64,000 nucleotides of DNA from Prochlorococcaceae cyanobacterium (GCA_040399265.1 JBBASO010000003.1:17040-81039); one strand, 5' to 3'; counted from the stretch's first letter, positions 1 through 9,135 are shown. Notes: generated from the sequence alone by a model not told the origin. Translations and numbers: made by a program.

Positions 1-431
1 AGCAGAGCCAGGCTCGACACCTCCTGCTGCCGCGCAAACAGCTGGCGCAGGCTGGCCAGCAGCTCGGGAGCCGTGTTCTGCCCGTCCTCGCCCTGGAGGA
101 TCGTGCCCACCTCCCGTAACAACTGTTCCCCTGTCCAGCTGCTAAGCAGCTCCATGCCGAAGCTGCGATCACGCAGCAGCGGCGCCTGCAGCAGACGGAT
201 CAGCCCCAGTCGTGCCTCGGGATCCAGCAGATACAGCCACACAGCCTGGGTGCTGTGCTGCGCGGTGGGGGTGCGAGTCCAGTCCTCCAGATCCGCCAGA
301 TCGATCGGCAGTGCCAGGCCATCGAACTCCACAACCAGTTCGTCGGCGGCCCGTGCCGCGGGCAACCCCGCTGACGGCAGCAGGGCCAGCAGACTGGCGA
401 ACCATGCGAAGAGGCGGCGGCGGTTTGACAA
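1..431 (-). CDS. Secreted DUF1400-type protein, N-terminal part only (gene continues past the left edge)
   Basis: Absent from the ORF track because it is truncated. My reverse-strand translation gives (TTG)SNRRRLFAWFASLLALLPSAGLPAARA/ADELVVEFDGLALPIDLADLEDWTRTPT..LYLLDPEARLGLIRLLQAPLLRDRSFGMELLSSWTGEQLLREVGTILQ. That is a Sec-type signal peptide followed by the pattern I associate with the cyanobacterial DUF1400 domain. A paralog lies at 44611-45291. Confidence 0.55.
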   Translation of the reverse strand, partial: MSNRRRLFAWFASLLALLPSAGLPAARAADELVVEFDGLALPIDLADLEDWTRTPTAQHSTQAVWLYLLDPEARLGLIRLLQAPLLRDRSFGMELLSSWTGEQLLREVGTILQGEDGQNTAPELLASLRQLFARQQEVSSLAL

Positions 432-1717
432 AGGCCGGTGGATGGCAGACAGGCTTGCAGCCAGGCGGGCTGACCTGGTGGTTCCAGTTTCCCGCGCCGC
501 TGCGGGAGGTTGTCGTGCTGCGGCTGGTCGGCTCAATCGGAGCTGGCGGCGTGCTCTACCTCACCCCACTGGTGTTCCACCAGCTGGCCTTCAGCGCATC
601 AAGCGTTACCCAGGGCCTGGCGCTGGCGGCCCTGGCAGGCACCCTAGGCCGCTTCCTGAGCGGCACGCTGCTCGATCGCGGCGTGAACTGCGGCGTGCCG
701 GTGCTGCTCAGCTGCCTGGCGGCACTCACTGCCGACAGCACCCTGATCGGGGCCCGCAGTTTCGACAGTTACCTGCTGGGCCAGCTGCTGCTGGGCATCG
801 CCATGGGGCTGTACTGGCCGGCCATCGAACTGGCCGTGCCGCTCGGCTGCCGCAACACGACCCGGCCGATCCCTTCGGCCAGGGGCTATGCACTGGCGCG
901 CACTGCCGACGCGGCCGGCATCGCCACCGGTGCCCTGCTGGGCGCCTGGCTGGCGGCGATCAACCAGCTGCGGGGCATCTATGTGGTCGATCTGATCTGC
1001 CTGCTCACCATGATGTTGCTGTTGCTGCTGCGCCGGCTACCCGACCCGGAATGCCGTGACAGCCAGGCCAGCCAGACCGCCGTACCGAGCTGGCTGCCCC
1101 CCCTGCTGCCGGTGCTGGCGATCACGCTGCTGGCCACCAGCCTGCCGGCCCTGATGCAGAGCGCTCTGCCGCTCGACCTGGTGCGGGGTGGGATGGAACG
1201 AGCAGCGATGCCCGAGAGCCACGGCGCCCTGTTGATCGGCGCTCAGCTGGGATTGCTACTGCTGCTGCAATGGCCTGTGGGCAGGGCTCTGGCGACCAGA
1301 TCCGTGGCGGTGGGCCTCAGCCTCAGTCTGGTGTGTCTGGCTGCAGGCACAGCGGCTCTGGCCTTCTCCTCCCTCACCAACCAGGGCTTCTGGCTGGTGC
1401 TGCTGGCCCAGTTCCCTCTAGCCCTGGGGATGGCGGCTTTCCTACCCACCGCCACCGAAGCGGTGATTGAAGTCACACCGCGTCCCCACCAGGGGGTGGC
1501 GATGGCGCTGTTTTCCCAGTGCTTCGCCCTCAGCGGCCTGCTGGCGCCGCCGCTGGCAGGCCTGGCCCTCGATCGTCAGGGGCATGGAGGCGGCCTGTGG
1601 ATCATGCTCACCCTGCTGTGCCTGGCGGGCTTCAATTTCAGCAAACGGCTGCGTCCGAAACCGATCAGACACCAGGCTGAGGCGACGCCGGTGCCTGCGA
1701 GGCAGGGTCTGGACTGA
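404..1717 (+). CDS. MFS transporter
   Basis: ORF 212..1717 is a multi-TM hydrophobic protein with an MFS-like loop (GRFLSGTLLDRG). I chose the first ATG at 404; in-frame TTG at 425 and 455 are also possible. The 5-prime end overlaps the divergent DUF1400 start. Confidence 0.75.
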   Translation: MRRGGGGLTKAGGWQTGLQPGGLTWWFQFPAPLREVVVLRLVGSIGAGGVLYLTPLVFHQLAFSASSVTQGLALAALAGTLGRFLSGTLLDRGVNCGVPVLLSCLAALTADSTLIGARSFDSYLLGQLLLGIAMGLYWPAIELAVPLGCRNTTRPIPSARGYALARTADAAGIATGALLGAWLAAINQLRGIYVVDLICLLTMMLLLLLRRLPDPECRDSQASQTAVPSWLPPLLPVLAITLLATSLPALMQSALPLDLVRGGMERAAMPESHGALLIGAQLGLLLLLQWPVGRALATRSVAVGLSLSLVCLAAGTAALAFSSLTNQGFWLVLLAQFPLALGMAAFLPTATEAVIEVTPRPHQGVAMALFSQCFALSGLLAPPLAGLALDRQGHGGGLWIMLTLLCLAGFNFSKRLRPKPIRHQAEATPVPARQGLD

Positions 1718-1892
1718 GCCAGGCCTCCCTCGGCAGCGGCTCGGTTCCATATTCCCAGTCGTCGTAATCCGGATCGTTGCGGATCTGCTGGTGCACCTGC
1801 TTCTGCACCTCAAAGTCGTGGGGATGCTCGCCCTGGGGGGTGCCTGCGGTGTCGGCGGCAGTGCTAGCGGCGTCCGGAGGCTGGGTGGTCAT
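1665..1892 (-). CDS. Small acidic hypothetical protein (75 aa)
   Basis: Internal ATG of ORF 1665..1994 gives MTTQPPDAAS..HPHDFEVQKQVHQQIRNDPDYDDWEYGTEPL. The first two thirds look coding-like in codon use. The last 53 nt overlap the MFS 3-prime end. Confidence 0.35.
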   Translation of the reverse strand: MTTQPPDAASTAADTAGTPQGEHPHDFEVQKQVHQQIRNDPDYDDWEYGTEPLPREAWLSPDPASQAPASPQPGV

Positions 1893-2006
1893 CGCAGCTG
1901 AAGCGTCTCTGCCGATTCTGGGGCACGTGGTGGTTCCGACTGAGACACCACCCCAATCCGACCCATCTCTGCTGAACTGGGTCACCCCGATCAACGCCGC
2001 GACCCC

Positions 2007-2879
2007 GTGTTTGCAGCCCTGCTCCCCCGTCGCGCCCCCTCCCTCTCGCTCTGGCTGGCCCGCTGGGGCGTTGTGATCGTGCTGGCCTATGGGCTGACCG
2101 CCCTGATCACGCCGCTGCTCGTGCAGGCCGGCTGGCTACCGGAGCCCAACGCCGGCCTCGACAACTCGATCTACGCACCCCCTTCTCCCGCCCACTGGTG
2201 CGGCACCGACCGCCTCGGTCGTGACGTGTGTGTGCGCACCCTGGCCGCCAGCGGCGTGGCGCTGCAGGTGGTGGTGCTGGCCCTGGTGGTGGCCCTGGTG
2301 GTGGGTGTGCCCCTTGGCATGGTGAGTGGCTATCTGGGCGGCTGGGTCGACCGGGTGCTGGTGCTGCTGATGGACACCCTCTACACCCTGCCGGTGCTGC
2401 TGCTCTCGGTGGTGCTCGCCTTCCTGCTCGGTCGCGGTCTGCCCAACGCCGCCGCCGCCCTCTGTGTGGTCTACATCCCCCAGTACTTCCGGGTGGTGCG
2501 CAACCAGAGCGCCCAGGTGAAGGCGGAGCTCTACGTGGAGGCGGCACGGTCGCTCGGCGCCGGCCCCGTATGGATTCTGCGCCGCTATCTGCTGCGCAAC
2601 GTGATCACCTCCGTGCCGGTGCTGCTCACCCTCAACGCCGCCGATGCCGTTCTGGTTCTCGGCGGCCTTGGCTTTCTCGGCCTGGGGCTGCCGGAAACCG
2701 TGCCCGAGTGGGGCGGCGACCTACAGCAGGCCCTCACCGCCCTGCCCACCGGCATCTGGTGGACCGCCCTCTACCCCGGCCTGGCGATGTTCGTGCTGGT
2801 GCTTGGCCTCTCCTTCCTCGGCGAAGGACTGGAGAGCTGGCTGAGCGGCTCGGGCAGCGTTGGCCGGGCGCAACGCTGA
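2007..2879 (+). CDS. ABC transporter permease, DppC/OppC (peptide/nickel) type
   Basis: GTG start. DRLGRDV motif, 6-TM layout and an EAA-like loop (YVEAARSLGAGPVWILRRYLLRNV). No cognate ATPase or binding-protein gene is adjacent. Confidence 0.85.
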   Translation: MFAALLPRRAPSLSLWLARWGVVIVLAYGLTALITPLLVQAGWLPEPNAGLDNSIYAPPSPAHWCGTDRLGRDVCVRTLAASGVALQVVVLALVVALVVGVPLGMVSGYLGGWVDRVLVLLMDTLYTLPVLLLSVVLAFLLGRGLPNAAAALCVVYIPQYFRVVRNQSAQVKAELYVEAARSLGAGPVWILRRYLLRNVITSVPVLLTLNAADAVLVLGGLGFLGLGLPETVPEWGGDLQQALTALPTGIWWTALYPGLAMFVLVLGLSFLGEGLESWLSGSGSVGRAQR

Positions 2880-2937
2880 CGGGGGCGAGGGCGGCATTGA
2901 TGGCAGGTGAACACGAGAGCCTCGGCATTGCCAGGGC

Positions 2938-3627
2938 TCAGCAACGCAGCCTGAGCGTGCGCGGCAGCTCCTCGGCGATCGCTCCCTCCCCATCCAGTGC
3001 CGGGTAGGGGCGCCCCTCCCGGCGGCACCAGGCGGCCACCTGCGGATAGGCCCATTCAAACAACAGCAGGCGGTAGCGCTCCGGTTCCATGCCCTCTCCC
3101 GCCTCCGGCACCAGACCGGCCGCCTGGCGCTGGCGCAGCGCCTCAAACAACAGCGTGGCCGTGGCCACGCTCACATTCAGCGACTGCACCATCCCGCGCA
3201 TCGGAATGGTCACGGCCTGGTCCACCAGCTCGGCCGCCTCCGGGCTCAGCCCCCACTTCTCCGCCCCCAGCACCAGAGCCGTGGGGCCGGTGAAGTCGCA
3301 GCTGCGGTAATCCACCGCCGACGCGCTGAGCATCGTGCCGAAGACCTTGAACCCCCGCGCTTTCAGAGCCTGCAGGGCCTCAATGCTGGAGTGGTGCAGG
3401 TGCAGCGGCACCCACTTCTGGCTGCCCAGGGCCGTGCTGTTGAAGGTGGGCAGCCGCCCGGCCAGGCACACCGCATGGGCCTCCAGCACCCCCACCGCGT
3501 CGCAGCTGCGCAGGATCGCCGAGAGGTTGTGGGGCTTCTCCACATGCTCCAGCAACACCGTGAGGTCGCCCATGCGCCGATCCAGCACGGCCTTGAGGCG
3601 TTCGAAGCGGCGCGGCAGCAGGGGCAT
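2938..3627 (-). CDS. trmH: SpoU-family tRNA 2-prime-O-methyltransferase (TrmH-like)
   Basis: Internal ATG (M117) of ORF 2938..3975. SpoU motifs NLSAILRSCDAVGV, LVLGAEKWGLS and IPMRGMVQSLNVSVATA; 229 aa. Confidence 0.85.
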   Translation of the reverse strand: MPLLPRRFERLKAVLDRRMGDLTVLLEHVEKPHNLSAILRSCDAVGVLEAHAVCLAGRLPTFNSTALGSQKWVPLHLHHSSIEALQALKARGFKVFGTMLSASAVDYRSCDFTGPTALVLGAEKWGLSPEAAELVDQAVTIPMRGMVQSLNVSVATATLLFEALRQRQAAGLVPEAGEGMEPERYRLLLFEWAYPQVAAWCRREGRPYPALDGEGAIAEELPRTLRLRC

Positions 3628-3707
3628 CGGGCAGGGAGGCGCGGAACGGGTTGTCCCAGCTTCGGCCAGCACCTTCACGCCGAGGGGTGAGCGGTTCAGG
3701 GGCGGGC

Positions 3708-4006
3708 TTAAGGGGGCAGGGTTTCCAGCGCCTCGGTGCCTTGGTTCCCGCTGCGCGGATTGAGGCGGGTGTCGAGGGTGGACCACCAACTGGCGCAGCA
3801 CCGGGCTCACCACGGCGGGTGAGCCCGGTGCATGCGGATAGCGGGGATGGCCCAGGATCCGGCAGCACGGCGTTGTGGGTGATCGCGCAGGTGGCCCAGG
3901 GCCGCTTTCCCTGATCCGCGAACGATTGATGGCAGAGCTCATGGTGCACGTGGCGAGGGTCCACCACCAGCGCAATCAGCACAGTCACATCCAGCAGGGC
4001 GGTGCG
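3708..4006 (-). pseudogene. Decayed VapC-type PIN-domain toxin gene (frameshifted and internally deleted)
   Basis: Three reverse frames together read ALLDVTVLIALVVDPRHVHHELCHQSFADQGKRPWATCAITHNAVL / RILGHPRYPHAPGSPAVVSPVLRQLVVHP / TLDTRLNPRSGNQGTEALETLPP*. There is no in-frame start codon, one extra C at the first junction, and about 35-40 central residues are missing. Confidence 0.6.
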
Positions 4007-4132
4007 CCGCCGGGTTGCAGCGGCAGCAGGGGCAGGCCGTTGCGCTGCATCTGGCCAGAACTGGCCGCTCCCCAGTGCCTGCCGAGCCCGGTGTTTCCCC
4101 GCCAGGATCAACCACCGCCACGTCCGCCGGTG

Positions 4133-4498
4133 ATGCCTCCTGGCAGTCCCGATCCGCCCGATCCAGTCGGCTTCGACCAGCGCGTCTATGCCGCCGTGGC
4201 GCACATCCCTCGGGGCCGCCTGGCCACCTACGGCCAGATCGCCGAGCTGATCGGCGCCTACGGCTGCGCGCGTCAGGTGGGCTGGGCCCTGCGCCGTTTG
4301 CCCCTGCCCTCGGCGTTGCCCTGGCAGCGGGTGGTGAATGCCAGAGGCCAGATCAGCTTCACCCCGAGCCGTGAGGGCAGCGACTGGATCCAGCGGGAGC
4401 TGCTGCTGGCCGAGGGGATCCCGGTAGACGCCGAGGGCCGTCTGCCGCTGGGGCGCTATCTGTGGGTACCACCCTTGGAGGAAGCGCTTGACGGTTGA
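4133..4498 (+). CDS. Alkyltransferase-like (ATL) protein, MGMT DNA-binding domain without the catalytic Cys
   Basis: Internal ATG of ORF 3875..4498. VYAAVAHIPRGRLATYGQIAELIG helix-turn-helix. The active-site motif reads PWQRVV instead of PCHRV. Confidence 0.8.
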   Translation: MPPGSPDPPDPVGFDQRVYAAVAHIPRGRLATYGQIAELIGAYGCARQVGWALRRLPLPSALPWQRVVNARGQISFTPSREGSDWIQRELLLAEGIPVDAEGRLPLGRYLWVPPLEEALDG

Positions 4499-6020
4499 GG
4501 CGGCCCCGATCGGTCTGGCGCCGCGCCAGCTGGCCTGGCAGGTGCTTCAGGCCGTGGCGGCAGGGGCCTACGCCGACGGCGCCCTGGAGCGGGAGCTCAA
4601 CCGCCTGCCCCTCGAGCCCGCCGACCGCGCCCTGGCGACCGAGCTGGCCTACGGCGCCATCCGCCAGCGACGCCTGCTCGATGCCTGGCTCGACGCCCTC
4701 GGCAAGGTGCCAGCCGCGCGCCAGCCACCGCGGCTGCGCTGGCTGCTGCACCTGGGTTGCTACCAACTGCTGTTCAGTGAACGGGTGCCGGCCGCCGCCG
4801 CCGTGAACACCACCGTGGAGCTGGCCAAGCGGGCCGGCCTGGGGCGGCTGGCGCCGGTGGCCAATGGCATGCTGCGTGGGCTGCTTCGCCGCCGCCAGGG
4901 CCTGCCGGCTGGGGCGCCCCCCTGGCAGGGGCTGCCCCAGCTGGAGGGGCAAATGACGGCGGCCGACGACATCGGCCTTCGCCATTCCCTGCCCGCCTGG
5001 CTGGCCGAGCTGCTGCTGCAGTGGCTGCCGCCCGAGGACGCCGAGGTCTTCGCCGCCAGCTGCAACCAGGCCCCCAGCCTCGACCTGCGCGTCAATCCCC
5101 AGCGCGCCAGCCGCGAGCAGGTGCTGGCGGCCCTGCGCCAGGCGGGCCTTGTCTCGGAGCCCCTGGCCGAACCCCTGGCCATCGGGCTCAGTGGCCGGGT
5201 CGGCGATCCGCGCCATCTGCCTGGCTATACCGAGGGCCACTGGTGCGTGCAGGACCGCAGCGCCCAGCGCATCGCGCCCCTTCTCGCCCCCCAGCCCGGC
5301 CAGCGCATCCTCGATGCCTGCGCTGCCCCCGGCGGCAAGAGCACCCACCTGGCCGAACTGATCGGCAATCAGGGAGAGCTGTGGGCAGTGGATCGCTCCG
5401 AAGCGCGGCTGAGGAGGCTGCAGCGGAATGCCGACCGACTCGGACTCACCTGCATCCAGACCCTGGCGGCAGATGCGTGCCGACTCGCCGTGGAACGTCC
5501 CCACTGGCATGGCAGTTTCGATCGCGTTCTGCTTGATGCTCCCTGCTCAGGGCTGGGCACCCTGGCACGTCACGCGGATGCGCGTTGGCGAATTGATCCA
5601 GCGGCCATTGATGACCTGGTGGCACTGCAGCAGCAACTGCTTGAGGGGCTGCTTCCGCTGGTACGCCCGCAAGGCCAGCTGGTGTACGCCACCTGCACCG
5701 TGCACCCGGCCGAAAATGGTGATCAGATCACCGGCTTGCTCAGCCGCCATCCCGAGTGGCGACTGGTCCACAGCGAACAGTGGTGGCCTGGCCAGGGTGC
5801 GGGCGACGGTTTTTTTGCAGCGGTGCTCAACAGAACTGATGGATCCCCTGGCGACACGGCCGACCTGGCTGGAGTTCAGGGCAGCGGCGGCAGTGGCGGC
5901 GGATCGACCACCGGCGGGGGTGGGGGGGGCGGAGGCGCCGGCGCGGCGGGTGCTGGGGCCGAGGCAGCGGGTACCGGCGCAGGGGCCACAGGAGCAGGAG
6001 CAGGAGCAGGAGCCGGTTGA
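4488..6020 (+). CDS. rsmB: 16S rRNA (cytosine-C5)-methyltransferase RsmB/Sun
   Basis: NusB-like N-terminal domain, then DACAAPGGKSTH, DAPCSGLGT and LVYATCT motifs. TTG start overlaps the ATL stop. The last ~60 codons are a Gly/Ala run antisense to the PBP tail, so the true stop is uncertain. Confidence 0.85.
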   Translation: MTVEAAPIGLAPRQLAWQVLQAVAAGAYADGALERELNRLPLEPADRALATELAYGAIRQRRLLDAWLDALGKVPAARQPPRLRWLLHLGCYQLLFSERVPAAAAVNTTVELAKRAGLGRLAPVANGMLRGLLRRRQGLPAGAPPWQGLPQLEGQMTAADDIGLRHSLPAWLAELLLQWLPPEDAEVFAASCNQAPSLDLRVNPQRASREQVLAALRQAGLVSEPLAEPLAIGLSGRVGDPRHLPGYTEGHWCVQDRSAQRIAPLLAPQPGQRILDACAAPGGKSTHLAELIGNQGELWAVDRSEARLRRLQRNADRLGLTCIQTLAADACRLAVERPHWHGSFDRVLLDAPCSGLGTLARHADARWRIDPAAIDDLVALQQQLLEGLLPLVRPQGQLVYATCTVHPAENGDQITGLLSRHPEWRLVHSEQWWPGQGAGDGFFAAVLNRTDGSPGDTADLAGVQGSGGSGGGSTTGGGGGGGGAGAAGAGAEAAGTGAGATGAGAGAGAG

Positions 6021-8143
6021 GGGCGGGGCTCCGGCCGTGGCTGGGACCTCGGCTGAGGGCGGAGCTCCGCTGGAGCCGGCTCTGACCAACCGCCTGGATC
6101 AGTCCAGTCGGATTGCGGTTGCTCGCGCCGACGCGCTGTCGGATCCGCCCCGGCATCCACCGGTTCATCCCAACGGGGTGCATCCGAAGGCGGCGGAGGC
6201 TGCCAACGGCTTTCCGGAGCCATAGCGTCTGGCGGCTCCCAGGGCTTCTCGCGGCGGGCGGGCTCAGCGGCGGGCTTTTTCTTTTGCTTGGGGGGCACGT
6301 AAGGCACGAACGACCCGACCAGCACGGGCTTGGGCGGAAAGTCCTGCACCGGCAAGGTTTTGCTGATCGCCGCCATGAAGGCTCCCCAGGCGGCCGCCGC
6401 CTGGGCGCTGCTGCTGCCGGTCTTGATGTTGGAGTCGTAGCCGAACCACACGGCAGTCGTGAGCTGAGGGATCGAACCGATGAACCAGAGGTCACGGGCC
6501 CCCTCGGCCGTGCCGGTCTTACCGGCAGCGGGTCGATCGGGCAGCCCTGCCCCGGTGCCGGTACCACCGCTCACAACCTTCTGAAGCATCCAGGTCATCG
6601 CATCGGCCACGTCGCTGCTCACCGCCCGCTTCGGCGGCTTGCCATCCACACGGCGGCTGTACAGCAGCTGACCATCGGGGCCGAGAATTTCCTCGAACGG
6701 CGTGGGCTCAACGTAGACACCCCGGTTGTTGATGGCGGCATAGGCAGCCGTCATCTCGAGCATGGTTTTTTCGTTGGCGCCCAGCACCATGGCCGGATAC
6801 TCGCCAATGGTGCCGGTGAGACCGAGGCGGCGGGCCACATCAACGACCCGCGGATAAGCCACCTTTTCTGCGGTGGCCACTGCCGCCGCGTTCTTGGACT
6901 GGGCCACGGCTTCCACCAGCGAGAAGCTGCCGCCGCCGGGGATGCAGAACCTCTTGGGAGGCCAACCATCCATGTAGCAGCGAGCCCGGTTGGTGATCGT
7001 GTCCTCGGGTTTAATCCCCGCTTCAAGGGCGGCGGTGTAAGCAAACAGCTTGAAGGTGGATCCCGGCGAGCGCAGGGCCTGCACCGCCCGGTTGAACTGG
7101 CTGCGGTTGAAGTCCTTCCCACCCACAATCGCCCGCACCAAACCGGTGCCTGGCTCCATCGCCAAGAGCCCACCCTCCATGCTGCCGGCTCGGGCATTGA
7201 TCACTTTCTGGGCTTCAGCCTGCCAGGCGGAATTCATGCCGGTGCGCACAGTGAGTCCGCCCACCTCAAGCTGCTCCTTGGTGAGCACTCGCGGCAGCTC
7301 AAGCGCCACCCAACTGCTGTACCAGGGTGCCGTGCTGTCGAAATACTTTGGATCGGCGGGCTTCAGTGCCAGCGGAGAAGACGCTGCCTCCTGTTCCTGA
7401 GCGAGGGTGATGAATCCCTGCTCGCGCATCCGCCGCAGCACGATGGCGCGCCGCTGAAGGGCAAGATCCGGATTCACCAACGGCGAATATACCGAGGGAG
7501 CCGGGGGCAGCCCGGCGATCAGGGCTGCCTCGGCCAGATTGAGCTGCTCGGGCGTTTTGGAGAAGTAGATCCAGGCGGCATCCGAAACGCCGTAGGCACT
7601 GGAGCCCAGATACACAAGATTGAGGTACTCGGTGAGGATCTGGCGCTTGGTGAGCTGGCGCTCGAGCTTGCCAGCAAGCGCGGCCTCCTTGATCTTGCGG
7701 ATCAGGGTGCGGTCCTGACTGAGGAAGACGGTTCTCGCCAGCTGCTGGGTGATCGTGCTTGCACCCTCCTCCACCGAGCCGCGGGAAAGGTTGCGGAGCA
7801 TGGCGCGGCTGATGCCCTGCACATCCACGCCATCGTGGCTGTAGAAACGGCGATCCTCAGCGGCGAGAAACGCGCGTTCGACCAGCGGCGGAATCGCGCC
7901 GCTGCTGAGCTTCTCCCGGCTCACGGGCCCGAGCTTCTGCACCACCTGGCCATCGGCAGCCAGAATCGTGAGCGTGCCGGGACGGTTGTAGTGGCTGATT
8001 CCGCGGGCATCAGGCAGGAGCGCATCAAACCCCTGCACCACCACTGACTGAACCACTGCCGCACCGGCACCGATGGCAGCGGCGATCAGGGCCGGTCTGA
8101 GCAGCTGACGGTGTCGACTCGAGCGGAGGGCAGCCTCACCCAT
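5876..8143 (-). CDS. Class A penicillin-binding protein (transglycosylase/transpeptidase, PBP1A-like)
   Basis: EDRRFYSHDGVD and RKIKEA glycosyltransferase motifs; STFK, SKN and KTGT transpeptidase motifs; long Pro/Ala-rich C-terminal tail. I chose the ATG at 8143, 1 nt after the chlG stop. Confidence 0.9.
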   Translation of the reverse strand: MGEAALRSSRHRQLLRPALIAAAIGAGAAVVQSVVVQGFDALLPDARGISHYNRPGTLTILAADGQVVQKLGPVSREKLSSGAIPPLVERAFLAAEDRRFYSHDGVDVQGISRAMLRNLSRGSVEEGASTITQQLARTVFLSQDRTLIRKIKEAALAGKLERQLTKRQILTEYLNLVYLGSSAYGVSDAAWIYFSKTPEQLNLAEAALIAGLPPAPSVYSPLVNPDLALQRRAIVLRRMREQGFITLAQEQEAASSPLALKPADPKYFDSTAPWYSSWVALELPRVLTKEQLEVGGLTVRTGMNSAWQAEAQKVINARAGSMEGGLLAMEPGTGLVRAIVGGKDFNRSQFNRAVQALRSPGSTFKLFAYTAALEAGIKPEDTITNRARCYMDGWPPKRFCIPGGGSFSLVEAVAQSKNAAAVATAEKVAYPRVVDVARRLGLTGTIGEYPAMVLGANEKTMLEMTAAYAAINNRGVYVEPTPFEEILGPDGQLLYSRRVDGKPPKRAVSSDVADAMTWMLQKVVSGGTGTGAGLPDRPAAGKTGTAEGARDLWFIGSIPQLTTAVWFGYDSNIKTGSSSAQAAAAWGAFMAAISKTLPVQDFPPKPVLVGSFVPYVPPKQKKKPAAEPARREKPWEPPDAMAPESRWQPPPPSDAPRWDEPVDAGADPTARRREQPQSDWTDPGGWSEPAPAELRPQPRSQPRPEPRPQPAPAPAPAPVAPAPVPAASAPAPAAPAPPPPPPPPVVDPPPLPPLP
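5989..6012. repeat. Tandem hexanucleotide (CAGGAG)x4
   Basis: Read directly. It encodes PAPAPAPA in the PBP tail and GAGAGAGA in the rsmB frame. Confidence 0.95.
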
Positions 8144-8144
8144 C

Positions 8145-9125
8145 TCAGGCCACCAGGCTGCTGTGGCCGATAGCCAGGGCTGTAACCAACATGCCGAGCA
8201 CCAGGAAAGGCTGCGCACTGGCCTGATACTTGACGTCGTAAGCGACCGGATCAGGAAGCAGCCAGATGTCCTGGAAGGTGATCTGAGGAACGATCAAAAG
8301 CACCAGCAGCACGGCGGCGAAATGCTGGCCGATGGCGATCAGTACGGCCACCATCGCCAGCTGAAACACATCGATCATCGCCGCGCTGATCCAGCTGGCC
8401 TTGCTGATGCCGAACACGACGGGCAGGCTCTGAAGCCCGAGCGCTCGATCTCCCTCCACGCTTTTGAAATCGTTCACCACAGCGATACCCAGACCAGCCA
8501 GCGAGTAGGCGAGGGTGAGCAGGGCCGTGGGCCAGGTGAGCTGGCCGAACAGAGCCTGACCGGCCCACCAAGGCAGAGCGATGTAGCTGGCGCCAAGGGC
8601 ATAATTGCCAAGCCAGCCATTCTGTTTGAGCTTGAGCGGCGGAGCGGAATAGATAAAGCTCACAAACGAGCCACCGAGTGCTAGCAGCAGCAGAACCGGA
8701 GTGGAGTGACCAGCCCAGCTGTCAAGCCCATAGGCAACCCCCAGGCCCGCGACCAGCAGGATCAGGATCTGGGCCTTCACCTGACCAAGGGGAATGGCTC
8801 CAGAGGGGATCGGCCTGTAAGGCTCATTGATGGCGTCGATCTCGCGGTCGTAAAAGTCGTTGATCGTCTGGGTGTAGCCCGCCAGCAGGGGGCCACTCAT
8901 CAGCATGCAGGCGATCGAAGCGCCAACCTCGGGCAGAGTCCAATGGAAGTTGCCGGAGGCTGCGGCACCGCAGAGCACCCCCCAGATCAGGGGGATCCAA
9001 GTGACCGGCTTCATCAGCTGCAGCCGGATCTTCCAGATGTTGCTTGTACCGCCAGCTCCCTTCATCCCCAGCAGCTGGCGAGCCGCTGAGCCGCTGGTGG
9101 CTTCAGGATTGGGGCTGCGGGTCAA
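8145..9125 (-). CDS. chlG: Chlorophyll synthase ChlG (UbiA prenyltransferase family)
   Basis: [31 protein letters not shown]-terminus and [21 protein letters not shown] motif. The start codon is TTG. Confidence 0.9.
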   Translation of the reverse strand: MTRSPNPEATSGSAARQLLGMKGAGGTSNIWKIRLQLMKPVTWIPLIWGVLCGAAASGNFHWTLPEVGASIACMLMSGPLLAGYTQTINDFYDREIDAINEPYRPIPSGAIPLGQVKAQILILLVAGLGVAYGLDSWAGHSTPVLLLLALGGSFVSFIYSAPPLKLKQNGWLGNYALGASYIALPWWAGQALFGQLTWPTALLTLAYSLAGLGIAVVNDFKSVEGDRALGLQSLPVVFGISKASWISAAMIDVFQLAMVAVLIAIGQHFAAVLLVLLIVPQITFQDIWLLPDPVAYDVKYQASAQPFLVLGMLVTALAIGHSSLVA

Positions 9126-9135
9126 GACCTTCGGC

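Noticed and set aside
73-1059. 328-aa plus-strand ORF at the left edge.
   Set aside because: It is out of frame with the MFS transporter and antisense to the DUF1400 gene. The product is Arg/Pro/Ala-rich with no motifs.
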